IMG/VR virus record: IMGVR_UViG_2513237251_000004
Source of the DNA: a virus
Lineage: Duplodnaviria; Heunggongvirae; Uroviricota; Caudoviricetes
Reading direction: 5' to 3' (one strand)
DNA: 64,000 nucleotides
Position 1 is the stretch's first letter. Each line of letters starts with the position of its first letter. The position numbers and the translations under genes were made by a program. A model generated the notes under the pieces. That model saw nothing but the letters and a program-made list of their open reading frames with translations. It was not told the DNA's origin and made no database searches. Shown one piece after another: positions 29,114 through 39,505 of the stretch.

Positions 29114-29578
29114 ATGAACCGTGTTCTGTGTGTGGTGATTATTGTCCTGGCGGTTGGCTATGGTGCGCTGTGGCTGGCAACAAACCATTACCGTGACAAC
29201 GCGCTCACCTACAAAGCGCAGCGCGATAAAAAAGCCAGAGAGCTGGAACAGGCGAATGCCACCATTACTGACATGCAGGTGCGCCAGCGTGATGTTGCTG
29301 CGCTCGATGCAAAATACTCGAGGGAGTTAGCCGATGCGAGAGCTGAAAATGAAACTCTGCGTGCTGATGTTGCCGCTGGTCGTAAGCGCCTGCGGATCAA
29401 CGCCACCTGCTCCGGTACCGTGCGTGAAGCCACCGGCACCTCCGGCGTGGATAATGCAACCGGCCCCCGACTGGCAGACACCGCTGAACGGGATTATTTC
29501 ATCCTCAGAGAGAGGCTGATCACTATGCAAAAACAACTGGAAGGAACCCAGAAGTATATTAATGAGCAGTGCAGATAG
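29114..29578 (+). CDS. Rz: Rz (inner-membrane spanin)
   Basis: N-terminal TM, coiled-coil body, embedded Rz1 ORF. Confidence 0.8.
   Translation: MNRVLCVVIIVLAVGYGALWLATNHYRDNALTYKAQRDKKARELEQANATITDMQVRQRDVAALDAKYSRELADARAENETLRADVAAGRKRLRINATCSGTVREATGTSGVDNATGPRLADTAERDYFILRERLITMQKQLEGTQKYINEQCR
29334..29519 (+). CDS. Rz1: Rz1 (outer-membrane lipoprotein spanin), embedded in Rz in a different frame
   Basis: Lipobox LVVSAC and proline-rich mature region. Confidence 0.6.
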   Translation: MRELKMKLCVLMLPLVVSACGSTPPAPVPCVKPPAPPAWIMQPAPDWQTPLNGIISSSERG

Positions 29579-29609
29579 AGTTGCCCATATCGATGGGCAA
29601 CTCATGCAA

Positions 29610-29903
29610 TTATTGTGAGCAATACACCCGCGCTTCCAGCGGAGTATAAATGCCTAAAGTAATAAAACCGAGCAATCCATTTACGAATGTTTGCTGGGTT
29701 TCTGTTTTAACAACATTTTCTGTGCCGCCACAAATTTTGGCTGCATCGACAGTTTTCTTCTGCCCAATTCCAGAAACGAAGAAATGATGGGTGATGGTTT
29801 CCTTTGGTGCTACTGCTGTCTGTTTGTTTTGAACAGTAAACGTCTGTTGAGCACATCCTGTAATAAGCAGGGCCAGCGCAGTAGCGAGTAGCATTTTTTT
29901 CAT
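29610..29903 (-). CDS. bor: Bor lipoprotein (serum resistance)
   Basis: 97 aa nearly identical to lambda Bor (MKKMLLATALALLITGCAQQTFTVQNK...). Confidence 0.9.
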   Translation of the reverse strand: MKKMLLATALALLITGCAQQTFTVQNKQTAVAPKETITHHFFVSGIGQKKTVDAAKICGGTENVVKTETQQTFVNGLLGFITLGIYTPLEARVYCSQ

Positions 29904-30311
29904 GGTGTTATTCCCGATGCTTTTTGAAGTTCGCAGAATCGTATGTGTAGAAAATTAAACAAACCCTAAACAATGAGTTGAAATTTCATATTGTTAATAT
30001 TTATTAATGTATGTCAGGTGCGATGAATCGTCATTGTATTCCCGGATTAACTATGTCCACAGCCCTGACGGGGAACTTCTCTGCGGGAGTGTGCGGGGAT
30101 AATCAAAAACGATGCACACCGGGTTTTCTCATTTTTCACGAGATGGGAGCGATTTCCCGCGAAGCCGCCTGTCCGGTGCGGTGGTGGAAGAAACCGGATA
30201 AAACAACCGCATTGTGCAAATATCGATCAAATATGGTGCTGCTGTGTGAAATCTGAAAAATCACAGCGGTCATTATGCATCAGTTTTTAACACAGGACGT
30301 CAGAACGTGAC

Positions 30312-31118
30312 ATGGCAAAGCTGGACTGGAAAAAGCTGGAGCAGGCATTCCGACGCGAACATGCCGAAACGGGAATAACATTACTGGACTGGTGCCGGAA
30401 GAAAAAGATTAATTACAACACCGCCAGAACCCGTATAAAAATGGGCAAAATCGATCATGAAATTGATCATAAAACCGATCATGAAATCGATCATGACATC
30501 TCAGATGAAGAACCCTGCAATGACGCGGGTTCCGGCGATGAAAAATGTGCAAAAAACTCTGAAAAAAACTGCGCAAATTCGGCAGAAACGAAACGGATTC
30601 GTGGTTCCCGACTTTTACCACCTTCAAACGCTTTTTCTCAGCGAAACACCCACGCCGTAAGACACCGTGGATATGCGAAGTATCTTGAGGCAGATAACCT
30701 CATGGATGATGCGTCCGACATGGTGCTGTTCGATGAACTGGTGTTCACCCGGGCCCGCGCACTTTCAGTAACTAAGGCACTTAAAGGGATGTTCGCCGAC
30801 CTGGAAGAGGCAACTGACGTGGAAACCCGTGTTGCTCTTTACGACAAAATACTCAAAGCTGAACAGGCCCTTGACCGGAATATTGCCCGTATCGAGTCAA
30901 TTGAACGCTCATTGCTGACGCTGGACGTCCTGGCTGAGACAGCACCAAAACTTCGTGCTGACCGGGAAAGAATCAACGCCGCCAGAGATAAACTCAGAGC
31001 TGAAACCGATATTCTGACCAACCAGCGTCGGGGCGTTGTTACGCCTGTCAGTGACATCGTGTCATCGCTGCATGAAATGAGTAATTCGGGGAGACTGGAT
31101 GACATTCCGGAAGAATGA
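30312..31118 (+). CDS. Putative terminase small subunit (HTH N-domain)
   Basis: Position immediately upstream of, and overlapping, the large terminase; N-terminal HTH-like region. Confidence 0.45.
   Translation: MAKLDWKKLEQAFRREHAETGITLLDWCRKKKINYNTARTRIKMGKIDHEIDHKTDHEIDHDISDEEPCNDAGSGDEKCAKNSEKNCANSAETKRIRGSRLLPPSNAFSQRNTHAVRHRGYAKYLEADNLMDDASDMVLFDELVFTRARALSVTKALKGMFADLEEATDVETRVALYDKILKAEQALDRNIARIESIERSLLTLDVLAETAPKLRADRERINAARDKLRAETDILTNQRRGVVTPVSDIVSSLHEMSNSGRLDDIPEE
30450..30497 (+). repeat. 4 x 12-bp in-frame tandem repeat with one GATC per unit (encodes IDHE-IDHK-TDHE-IDHD)
   Basis: ATCGATCATGAA / ATTGATCATAAA / ACCGATCATGAA / ATCGATCATGAC. Confidence 0.7.
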
Positions 31119-32805
31119 ACCGCGATGTGATGAGCCGTCAGAAATGACCGAGGCTGAACAACGTCTGTTCATCATGACTAAACTGAGCAATCCCTGGTGG
31201 CGGCTCAATCATCTCTACAAAATACAGAACGAAAAAGGTGAACTGGTCACCTTCAGAATGCGACCGGCGCAGCGCCAGTTGTTCCGGAGCATGCACAATA
31301 AAAATATTATCCTGAAAGCGCGCCAGCTGGGATTTTCCACAGCCATTGATATTTATCTTCTCGACCAGGCATTATTCATTCCGCATCTCAAATGCGGGAT
31401 CGTCGCTCAGGATAAACAGGCTGCCAGTGAAATTTTCCGCACAAAAATTGCTGTACCGTTTGATCATCTCCCTGACTGGCTGAGAGCCTCATTCACCATC
31501 GTTGAACGTCGTAGCGGTGCCAGCGGTGGCTATATCCTGTTTGGTCACGGCTCGAGTATCCAGGTGGCAACCTCATTCCGTTCAGGTACGGTGCAGCGCC
31601 TGCATATCTCAGAGCACGGCAAAATTTGCGCGAAATATCCGGCTAAGGCGAAAGAACTGCGAACCGGTACGCTTAATGCCGTCTCTGATGAATGCATTAT
31701 TTTTGATGAGTCCACTGCTGAAGGCGTGGGTGGTGATTTTTACGAGATGAGTAACCGAGCACAGGAGATCACTGCATCAGGCTTATTGCTGACGGCACAG
31801 GATTATAAATTCCATTTTTACGCCTGGTGGCAGGATCCTAAATACAGCGCCAGAGTGCCGGAAAGCGGGCTGAAGCTGTCACGGGAAAAAATGACGTATT
31901 TTTCTGCGGTTGAGAAGGCAATGAACATCACGCTTACTGATGAACAGAAGCAGTGGTACATCAATAAGGAAACTGAACAGCGTGAGGAAATGAAGCAGGA
32001 GTTTCCCTCAACGCCACAGGAGGCGTTTCTGACGTCCGGACGACGTGTGTTCAGTGCCGAAAGTACGTTGCAGGCAGAATCATTCTGTTCGCCACCGATG
32101 ATTGTTTATGACATTGAACCTGTTACAGGAGCGAAGACTAAAGCTCAGTCTCTGCGTGAAGGAAATAAAAACGAGTTGCAGCGGACGCTGATGAATTATC
32201 TGCTGGTATGGGAACTGCCGGATCCGGATGAAGAGTATGTTTGTGGGGCAGATACTGCCGAAGGGCTGGAGCACGGAGACCGCTCATCGCTGGATGTTGT
32301 CAAACGCAGTAATGGCGAGCAGGTGGCTCACTGGTTCGGGCATCTCGATGCTGAACTTTTTGCTCATCTCATTTCGCAGGTCTGTCGTATGTATAACAAC
32401 GCGTTTGTGGGGCCGGAGCGTAATAATCACGGACATGCAGTTATCCTGAAACTCCGGGAACTCTATCCGACACGTTATATCTACAACGAACAGCATCTTG
32501 ACCAGGCATATGACGACGATACGCCCCGCCTTGGCTGGCTGACAACCCGTCAGAGCAAACCTGTTCTGACCGAAGGAATGAAAACGCTTCTGAATAATGG
32601 AATATCAGGGATCCGCTGGTCAGGCACATTATCGGAAATGAACACCTACGTTTATGACGCGAAAGGCTCCATGAATGCACAGGAAGGCTGCTTTGATGAT
32701 CAGCTCATGAGCTACATGATTGCCCAGGAGATGCGCGCCAGAATGCCGGTGAGGGTAAAACAGAAAACGGATAAACGCAGAACCACACACTGGATGGCTC
32801 ACTGA
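31099..32805 (+). CDS. Terminase large subunit
   Basis: 568 aa; ATPase-like N-terminal region and nuclease-like C-terminal region; precedes portal. Confidence 0.75.
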   Translation: MTFRKNEPRCDEPSEMTEAEQRLFIMTKLSNPWWRLNHLYKIQNEKGELVTFRMRPAQRQLFRSMHNKNIILKARQLGFSTAIDIYLLDQALFIPHLKCGIVAQDKQAASEIFRTKIAVPFDHLPDWLRASFTIVERRSGASGGYILFGHGSSIQVATSFRSGTVQRLHISEHGKICAKYPAKAKELRTGTLNAVSDECIIFDESTAEGVGGDFYEMSNRAQEITASGLLLTAQDYKFHFYAWWQDPKYSARVPESGLKLSREKMTYFSAVEKAMNITLTDEQKQWYINKETEQREEMKQEFPSTPQEAFLTSGRRVFSAESTLQAESFCSPPMIVYDIEPVTGAKTKAQSLREGNKNELQRTLMNYLLVWELPDPDEEYVCGADTAEGLEHGDRSSLDVVKRSNGEQVAHWFGHLDAELFAHLISQVCRMYNNAFVGPERNNHGHAVILKLRELYPTRYIYNEQHLDQAYDDDTPRLGWLTTRQSKPVLTEGMKTLLNNGISGIRWSGTLSEMNTYVYDAKGSMNAQEGCFDDQLMSYMIAQEMRARMPVRVKQKTDKRRTTHWMAH

Positions 32806-34949
32806 TGAAAAATGAAACTAACACCATGGCGACGAAAAACGACAATGGAGCCACGCCGCGTTTTTCTCAGCGCCAGTTACAGGCGCTTTGTTCTGATATT
32901 GACAGCCAGCCTAAATGGCGTGATGCCGCAAACAAGGCCTGTGCGTATTACGATGGCGATCAGTTGCCACCGGAAGTTCTTCAGGTACTGAAAGATCGCG
33001 GTCAGCCGATGACTATCCATAACCTCATCGCGCCTACCGTCGATGGCGTTCTGGGAATGGAGGCCAAAACACGGACTGATCTGGTGGTGATGTCAGACGA
33101 GCCAGATGATGAAACTGAAAAACTGGCTGAAGCTATTAATGCTGAATTTGCCGATGCATGCCGCCTTGGCAATATGAATAAAGCCCGCTCTGATGCCTAT
33201 GCGGAACAAATCAAGGCGGGCCTCAGTTGGGTGGAGGTCAGACGAAACAGCGATCCGTTCGGGCCTGAATTTAAGGTGTCTACTGTCAGCCGGAATGAGG
33301 TTTTCTGGGACTGGCTGAGCCGGGAGGCTGATTTAAGTGACTGCCGATGGCTGATGCGTCGCCGCTGGATGGATACCGATGAGGCAAAAGCTACATTCCC
33401 GGGAATGGCTCAGGTTATCGATTATGCCATTGATGACTGGCGTGGTTTTGTCGATACCACGGTTACTGAAGGCCAGCCCAGTCCGTTGATGAGTGCATGG
33501 GAAGAGTATCAGTCATGGGATCGACAGCAGAACGAATGGCTTCAGCGTGAACGCCGTCGTGTGCTGCTTCAGGTGGTTTATTACCGTACATTCGAGCGTC
33601 TTCCGGTGATTGAACTCAGTAATGGACGGGTGGTGGCCTTTGATAAAAATAATCTGATGCAGGCGGTAGCTGTGGCATCCGGGCGGGTTCAGGTGAAAGT
33701 CGGGCGGGTAAGCCGTATTCGTGAAGCCTGGTTTGTCGGGCCACACTTTATTGTGGATCGCCCCTGTAGTGCTCCGCAGGGGATGTTTCCGCTGGTTCCT
33801 TTCTGGGGATACCGAAAGGATAAAACCGGGGAGCCATACGGGCTAATTTCCCGCGCCATTCCGGCACAGGATGAGGTGAATTTTCGTCGTATCAAGCTGA
33901 CCTGGTTGCTTCAGGCCAAACGCGTGATTATGGACGAGGATGCCACCCAGTTGTCAGACAACGACCTGATGGAGCAGATCGAACGTCCGGATGGCATTAT
34001 TAAACTGAATCCGGTCCGAAAAAATCAGAAAAGTGTCGCAGATGTTTTTCGGGTTGAGCAGGATTTTCAGGTTGCCAGCCAGCAGTTTCAGGTCATGCAG
34101 GAATCGGAAAAACTTATCCAGGATACCATGGGAGTGTATTCCGCATTTCTCGGGCAGGATTCAGGTGCGACGTCAGGCGTGGCTATCAGTAACCTGGTGG
34201 AGCAGGGGGCCACAACCCTTGCGGAAATCAACGATAACTACCAGTTTGCCTGCCAGCAGGTGGGAAGACTGTTGCTGGCTTATCTTCTCGATGACCTGAA
34301 AAAACGCCGTAATCATGCAGTGGTGATTAATCGCGATGATCGCCAGCGTCGCCAGACCATTGTCCTCAATGCTGAAGGTGATAATGGTGAACTGACCAAT
34401 GATATTTCAAGGTTAAATACACATATTGCGCTGGCGCCTGTTCAGCAGACACCGGCGTTTAAGGCACAGCTTGCACAGAGAATGTCAGAGGTTATTCAGG
34501 GGCTGCCGCCTCAGGTGCAGGCTGTTGTGCTCGACCTGTGGGTTAATCTTCTGGATGTGCCGCAGAAACAGGAGTTTGTTGAGCGTATTCGTGCTGCGCT
34601 GGGGACGCCAAAATCACCGGATGAAATGACGCCGGAAGAACAGGAAGTAGCGGCACAACAACAGGCACTTCAGCAACAACAGGCAGAACTCCAGATGCGC
34701 GAGATGGCTGGCAGAGTGGCAAAACTGGAAGCTGACGCCGCCAGGGCACATGCAGCTGCACAACGGGATAATGCCAGTGCACAGCGGGAAGTCGCCCTGA
34801 CACAGGGGCAGCGTTATGTGGATGCGCTTAACCAGGCACATACGGCAGAAATCATTACCGGCGTACAGAATATGGAACAGGAGCAGGACGTTCTTCAGCA
34901 ACAGATGCTGTATACGTTACAACAGCGGATGAATGAAATGTCGCTCTGA
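32805..34949 (+). CDS. Portal protein
   Basis: 714 aa following terminase; Gln/Ala-rich C-terminus. Confidence 0.7.
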   Translation: MKNETNTMATKNDNGATPRFSQRQLQALCSDIDSQPKWRDAANKACAYYDGDQLPPEVLQVLKDRGQPMTIHNLIAPTVDGVLGMEAKTRTDLVVMSDEPDDETEKLAEAINAEFADACRLGNMNKARSDAYAEQIKAGLSWVEVRRNSDPFGPEFKVSTVSRNEVFWDWLSREADLSDCRWLMRRRWMDTDEAKATFPGMAQVIDYAIDDWRGFVDTTVTEGQPSPLMSAWEEYQSWDRQQNEWLQRERRRVLLQVVYYRTFERLPVIELSNGRVVAFDKNNLMQAVAVASGRVQVKVGRVSRIREAWFVGPHFIVDRPCSAPQGMFPLVPFWGYRKDKTGEPYGLISRAIPAQDEVNFRRIKLTWLLQAKRVIMDEDATQLSDNDLMEQIERPDGIIKLNPVRKNQKSVADVFRVEQDFQVASQQFQVMQESEKLIQDTMGVYSAFLGQDSGATSGVAISNLVEQGATTLAEINDNYQFACQQVGRLLLAYLLDDLKKRRNHAVVINRDDRQRRQTIVLNAEGDNGELTNDISRLNTHIALAPVQQTPAFKAQLAQRMSEVIQGLPPQVQAVVLDLWVNLLDVPQKQEFVERIRAALGTPKSPDEMTPEEQEVAAQQQALQQQQAELQMREMAGRVAKLEADAARAHAAAQRDNASAQREVALTQGQRYVDALNQAHTAEIITGVQNMEQEQDVLQQQMLYTLQQRMNEMSL

Positions 34950-34967
34950 AAACTCTGGCTTCAACTG

Positions 34968-34993
34968 AACCCCGTCATCGTACGGGGTTTTTT
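34968..34993 (+). terminator. Rho-independent terminator after portal gene
   Basis: ACCCCGT-CATCGTA-CGGGGT plus TTTTTT. Confidence 0.5.
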
Positions 34994-35106
34994 GTTTCCG
35001 GAGGTAAGCGTTCCGGGAGCGGTGCGCTTATTCGCGGGGGCAGCGATAAGCCTTATTTACTCAACCATTCGGATCTGTCCGATAAACAGACCATGCGGAG
35101 TTATTT

Positions 35107-36114
35107 ATGGATTTTGAATTTACGGGTGAAGAAACCCCGGAACAACTGGAAAAAATGCTGGAAGGACTTGGGGATGTGGATATTGACAGTCACGCACAGG
35201 ACGTCGTGACGGAAGATACCACGGAAAAACATGCGGATGAGGAAGCACAGACTCAGACGGGCGATAACAATGTGGCACCGACGCCGGATGCCAGTGTGGA
35301 GCAGACGCAGGACGTGAAGGAGCCGGAAGCGAAGGGGGTGCTCACCCGCGACGGTAAACACGTCATTCCCTATGAAGTCCTTGAGGCTGAACGTTCCGGT
35401 AAGCAACGGGCCGAACAGGAAGCCGCACTTCTTCGTGGGCAGATAGCTGAAGAAAAACGCAGGGTGGAACTGCTGACGTCTCAGATCCACCAGGCCGGTA
35501 TGAAGCCCACACCGTTACCGGAAAACGAAAAAATTTCTGATGAGCAGATTGCCCGTATCAGGGAGATGTATCCGGAAATTGGTGACGCGGTGGCTTCGCT
35601 CATCCGTAAAAATAACTATCTCCAGTCCCGTGTTCAGCAATCAGCACAGCAGGCAGAAGGTAATGGTGGTGAGGATTTATCACCGGTTCTTGATGCGATG
35701 AATGCCGTGCCGGTGCTGAAAACGTGGCAGGAGTCCGATCCAGATCGCTTCTCGGTTGCTGTATCCATCGACGGGAAGCTCCAGAATGACCCCGCATGGA
35801 AAGACAAAACGCTCACTGAACGTTTCGCTGAAGTGGCCCGTCGTACGCAGGTTGCTTTCGGTGAAGTCAGTGAGTCGTCTGCTGACAACAAGGCAGACAA
35901 AACGGATATCCGGAAAACGGCGGAAGAGAAAGTGAAGACCGCTGAACAGGAGCAGGCAGTACCTGCTTCCCCGTCAGATTTAGGCACCACGGCTTCCGTC
36001 GGAACCGGTGATAATTTTGAACGGTTACTTGGCGCTTCTCATTCAGAGGCAGAGGCGATTATGCGCGGTATGACGAATGCTGAAATAGACGCGCTTCTGG
36101 AGAAGCTCGGGTAA
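35107..36114 (+). CDS. Putative scaffolding protein
   Basis: Acidic, helical, immediately upstream of capsid gene. Confidence 0.45.
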   Translation: MDFEFTGEETPEQLEKMLEGLGDVDIDSHAQDVVTEDTTEKHADEEAQTQTGDNNVAPTPDASVEQTQDVKEPEAKGVLTRDGKHVIPYEVLEAERSGKQRAEQEAALLRGQIAEEKRRVELLTSQIHQAGMKPTPLPENEKISDEQIARIREMYPEIGDAVASLIRKNNYLQSRVQQSAQQAEGNGGEDLSPVLDAMNAVPVLKTWQESDPDRFSVAVSIDGKLQNDPAWKDKTLTERFAEVARRTQVAFGEVSESSADNKADKTDIRKTAEEKVKTAEQEQAVPASPSDLGTTASVGTGDNFERLLGASHSEAEAIMRGMTNAEIDALLEKLG

Positions 36115-36137
36115 CTTACTGAAGGAGAACTGAAGTA

Positions 36138-37352
36138 ATGACGACTGTAACATCAGCCCAGGCGAATAAGCTGTATCAGGTGGCGCTTTTTACCGCTGCC
36201 AACCGCAACCGCTCGATGGTAAATATCCTCACTGAACAGCAGGAAGCGCCAAAAGCGGTTTCGCCGGACAAGAAAAGCACGAAGCAGACCAGCGCGGGTG
36301 CGCCGGTTGTCCGTATCACAGACCTTAACAAACAGGCCGGTGATGAAGTGACCTTCAGCATCATGCACAAACTCTCAAAACGTCCGACGATGGGAGATGA
36401 GCGTGTTGAAGGTCGTGGTGAGGATCTCAGCCATGCTGACTTCTCCCTGAAAATCAATCAGGGACGTCACCTGGTGGATGCAGGCGGACGTATGAGTCAG
36501 CAGCGCACGAAGTTTAACCTGGCATCCTCAGCCAGAACGCTTCTGGGGACGTACTTTAATGACCTGCAGGACCAGTGTGCGATAGTGCATCTTGCTGGAG
36601 CTCGTGGTGATTTTGTTGCTGACGACACTATTCTGCCGACAGCGGAGCACCCTGAATTCAAAAAAATCATGATCAACGATGTACTGCCTCCGACACATGA
36701 CCGTCACTTTTTTGGCGGTGATGCGACAAGCTTTGAGCAGATTGAAGCGGCAGATATTTTTTCTATTGGCCTGGTGGACAATCTCTCCCTGTTCATTGAC
36801 GAAATGGCGCATCCGTTACAGCCGGTTCGTCTGTCCGGTGATGAACTTCACGGAGAAGATCCATATTACGTCCTGTACGTCACGCCGCGTCAGTGGAATG
36901 ACTGGTACACCTCGACGTCCGGTAAGGACTGGAACCAGATGATGGTTCGTGCCGTGAACCGTGCAAAAGGTTTTAATCATCCGCTGTTCAAAGGTGAATG
37001 TGCGATGTGGCGCAATATCCTGGTTCGTAAGTATGCGGGTATGCCGATCCGTTTCTATCAGGGGTCAAAGGTTCTGGTATCAGAGAATAACCTGACGGCA
37101 ACCACGAAAGAGGTCGCTGCTGCAACCAATATTGACCGCGCCATGTTACTGGGGGCTCAGGCGCTGGCAAATGCTTACGGTCAGAAGGCGGGCGGTCACT
37201 TCAACATGGTTGAGAAGAAAACGGATATGGATAACCGTACTGAGATAGCAATCAGCTGGATCAACGGTCTGAAAAAAATCCGTTTCCCCGAGAAGAGCGG
37301 CAAGATGCAGGATCACGGCGTGATTGCCGTTGATACAGCAGTGAAGCTCTGA
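36138..37352 (+). CDS. Major capsid protein
   Basis: 404 aa at the canonical position after scaffold; followed by strong terminator. Confidence 0.6.
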   Translation: MTTVTSAQANKLYQVALFTAANRNRSMVNILTEQQEAPKAVSPDKKSTKQTSAGAPVVRITDLNKQAGDEVTFSIMHKLSKRPTMGDERVEGRGEDLSHADFSLKINQGRHLVDAGGRMSQQRTKFNLASSARTLLGTYFNDLQDQCAIVHLAGARGDFVADDTILPTAEHPEFKKIMINDVLPPTHDRHFFGGDATSFEQIEAADIFSIGLVDNLSLFIDEMAHPLQPVRLSGDELHGEDPYYVLYVTPRQWNDWYTSTSGKDWNQMMVRAVNRAKGFNHPLFKGECAMWRNILVRKYAGMPIRFYQGSKVLVSENNLTATTKEVAAATNIDRAMLLGAQALANAYGQKAGGHFNMVEKKTDMDNRTEIAISWINGLKKIRFPEKSGKMQDHGVIAVDTAVKL

Positions 37353-37369
37353 TTTTTTCCTTTCCCTAT

Positions 37370-37392
37370 GCCGGGTTTTCGCCCGGCTTTTT
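37370..37392 (+). terminator. Rho-independent terminator after capsid gene
   Basis: GCCGGGTTTTCGCCCGGC plus TTTTT. Confidence 0.55.
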
Positions 37393-37407
37393 CAGGAGTC
37401 ATTAATT

Positions 37408-37797
37408 ATGGCAAAGACTATCCTTGCCCCGTCACTGAGTGAACGGGTCTATACGGGTACGCACGGTAATGAGTCGGTGGCAGAAGGCGTATTTACGGTG
37501 AATGCTGCGGAAGCGGACAGTGTTATTCATCTTCTCTCACTGCCAGTGGGCATCCGTATCAACTCACTCCAACTGGTTTCAACGGGTGGTCTGGGTACTG
37601 CAACCGTCAGCATTAAGTCCGGTGAGCATGCTCTCATCGATAACAGCGAAGCTGTTTCTGCAAAATTTGCCAGATATGTGCCAGTGGAGCCGTACACCAC
37701 ACAGCGTGACGGGGAGCTGGTTACTGTCACCATTAAGACTGCCGCTGCAACCGGCACCCTGAATGTTCTGCTGCGTTATACCGTGGTGGGATACTGA
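37408..37797 (+). CDS. Virion structural protein (possible head decoration)
   Basis: ORF with RBS; followed by hairpin terminator at about 37811-37833. Confidence 0.4.
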   Translation: MAKTILAPSLSERVYTGTHGNESVAEGVFTVNAAEADSVIHLLSLPVGIRINSLQLVSTGGLGTATVSIKSGEHALIDNSEAVSAKFARYVPVEPYTTQRDGELVTVTIKTAAATGTLNVLLRYTVVGY

Positions 37798-37846
37798 TTA
37801 AAACCTTCCGGCCCGCGTCATGCGGGCTTTTTATCCGGGGAATTAT

Positions 37847-38308
37847 ATGAGTGAGAAAATTGCCGTTGTCTATATCGGCCCAAAACCCGTGAAAAAGGAC
37901 ACCATTACCGGAAGTCGCACGCTGTTCCCACGTCTTGAGCCGGTGCATGTTGACAGCGCGATGGCCTGGCAACTGCTGGGGTTTCCGGATGTCTGGGTTC
38001 GTCATGAAGAGCTTGATGATGTTCTGAAAAAGCAACAACAGAATGAGCAGTTGCGGCAGGCACAGCAGGCGCAGGAAAGAGTGCTTGCTGCGCTGGCAGA
38101 AGCGGAGAACAGTTTTGTTGTTTCTGTTAACGGGCAGGAGGTGGATTTAAGTAAGCTCACCTCAGCACGGCTGGCGACGCTGTGTGAGGCAGAAGAGCTG
38201 GATATTCACAAAGACCCGAAAGAAACGGCTGAGGCATTCCGTATCCGGGTGCGTGAGGCATTTCGCCGTCGTGTTGCGGAGACTGAACAGCATGGCGGAA
38301 CTGAGTGA
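37847..38308 (+). CDS. Hypothetical structural protein
   Basis: Internal ATG at 37847 just after terminator. Confidence 0.4.
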   Translation: MSEKIAVVYIGPKPVKKDTITGSRTLFPRLEPVHVDSAMAWQLLGFPDVWVRHEELDDVLKKQQQNEQLRQAQQAQERVLAALAEAENSFVVSVNGQEVDLSKLTSARLATLCEAEELDIHKDPKETAEAFRIRVREAFRRRVAETEQHGGTE

Positions 38309-38855
38309 TTTTTTACCGTATGTCCGTCGTCATATCAGCGGTCCACTGAACATTATGATGACGGATGCTCTGTCAATGGCTGCCGTGGCATTCAGCCGCC
38401 AGTCGTTGGTGTGCCGTCGGGAGGTTACTGTTGTACCAGTAGCAGGAAAAGAAATCGTGCTTCCGTATGACAAAGATGATGAGGAGTGCGTTCATATCAT
38501 CCGTATCTCTGACGATAATCATGAGCTTTTTGTCGGTCGGGATGTGGATATCAGCTCCGGACGCTCCCTGCGATTTGCCTGTTCTCCCGGTGAGGTGAGC
38601 GTGCTTTATGCCGTCGCTCCGAAAGCCGGACGCAGCCAGATACCGGATGAACTCCTCACATGGCCTGAAGAAGTGGCTGCGGGGGCACTTGAGCGGTTGT
38701 TCATGCAGACTGGTGTTTCATGGTCAGATCCGTTACGCGCACAGTATTTTTCTGTGCAGTTTTCTGAGGGGATCCGTCGGGCATATCGTCATACACTGGC
38801 GACAAGCCCGTACTCTTCATACCGCAACCCTGTACGCAGGCAGAGGTTTTTCTGA
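38292..38855 (+). CDS. Hypothetical structural protein
   Basis: ATG at 38292 overlapping the previous stop. Confidence 0.4.
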   Translation: MAELSDFLPYVRRHISGPLNIMMTDALSMAAVAFSRQSLVCRREVTVVPVAGKEIVLPYDKDDEECVHIIRISDDNHELFVGRDVDISSGRSLRFACSPGEVSVLYAVAPKAGRSQIPDELLTWPEEVAAGALERLFMQTGVSWSDPLRAQYFSVQFSEGIRRAYRHTLATSPYSSYRNPVRRQRFF

Positions 38856-39505
38856 TGACGACGATTACAGAAATCATCGGACGTGTGAATACACAACTGG
38901 TTGACCCGATGATGGTTCGCTGGCCCCTGCAGGAATTGTGCGATTATTACAATGATGCTGTGAGGGCAGTGATTCTGGCGAGACCGGATGCTGGCGCAAG
39001 CCTGGAAACAATAAGTTGTGTTCCTGGCGCCCGTCAGGTTTTGCCCGATGGTGTAATACAACTTCTTGACGTGATATGCCTCAGTGACGGTAGTGCAGTC
39101 AGACCATTATCCCGGGAGGTGCTGGATGCGCAGTATCCTGAGTGGCCCACAATGAAGGGTATTCCTGAATGTTTTATCAGCAACGACCTGTCCCCGCGCG
39201 TATTCTGGCTGTTTCCTGCTCCTGACAAAGAGATAAGTATTGATGCAGTGGTAAGCCGGATACCGGAGGCAGTGTATGTTCTGACGCAGGACGATGATAC
39301 GCCAGTTCCACTGGAAGAGGCTTATGTTAACCCACTGGTGGAGTGGATGTTGTTTCGCGCTTTCAGTAAGGATGCTGCCGGTGGCGCAGAATCGGGGCTG
39401 GCTGCGCAGCATTATCAGAGTTTTGTTGAGCAACTTGGGATCAAACAGGGGGCAGACAGTGCATTGTATGCCCGTAAAAAAGTGTTTAACGGAGGTGGAG
39501 TGTGA
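38855..39505 (+). CDS. Hypothetical structural protein
   Basis: Overlapping start/stop with neighbours. Confidence 0.4.
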   Translation: MTTITEIIGRVNTQLVDPMMVRWPLQELCDYYNDAVRAVILARPDAGASLETISCVPGARQVLPDGVIQLLDVICLSDGSAVRPLSREVLDAQYPEWPTMKGIPECFISNDLSPRVFWLFPAPDKEISIDAVVSRIPEAVYVLTQDDDTPVPLEEAYVNPLVEWMLFRAFSKDAAGGAESGLAAQHYQSFVEQLGIKQGADSALYARKKVFNGGGV

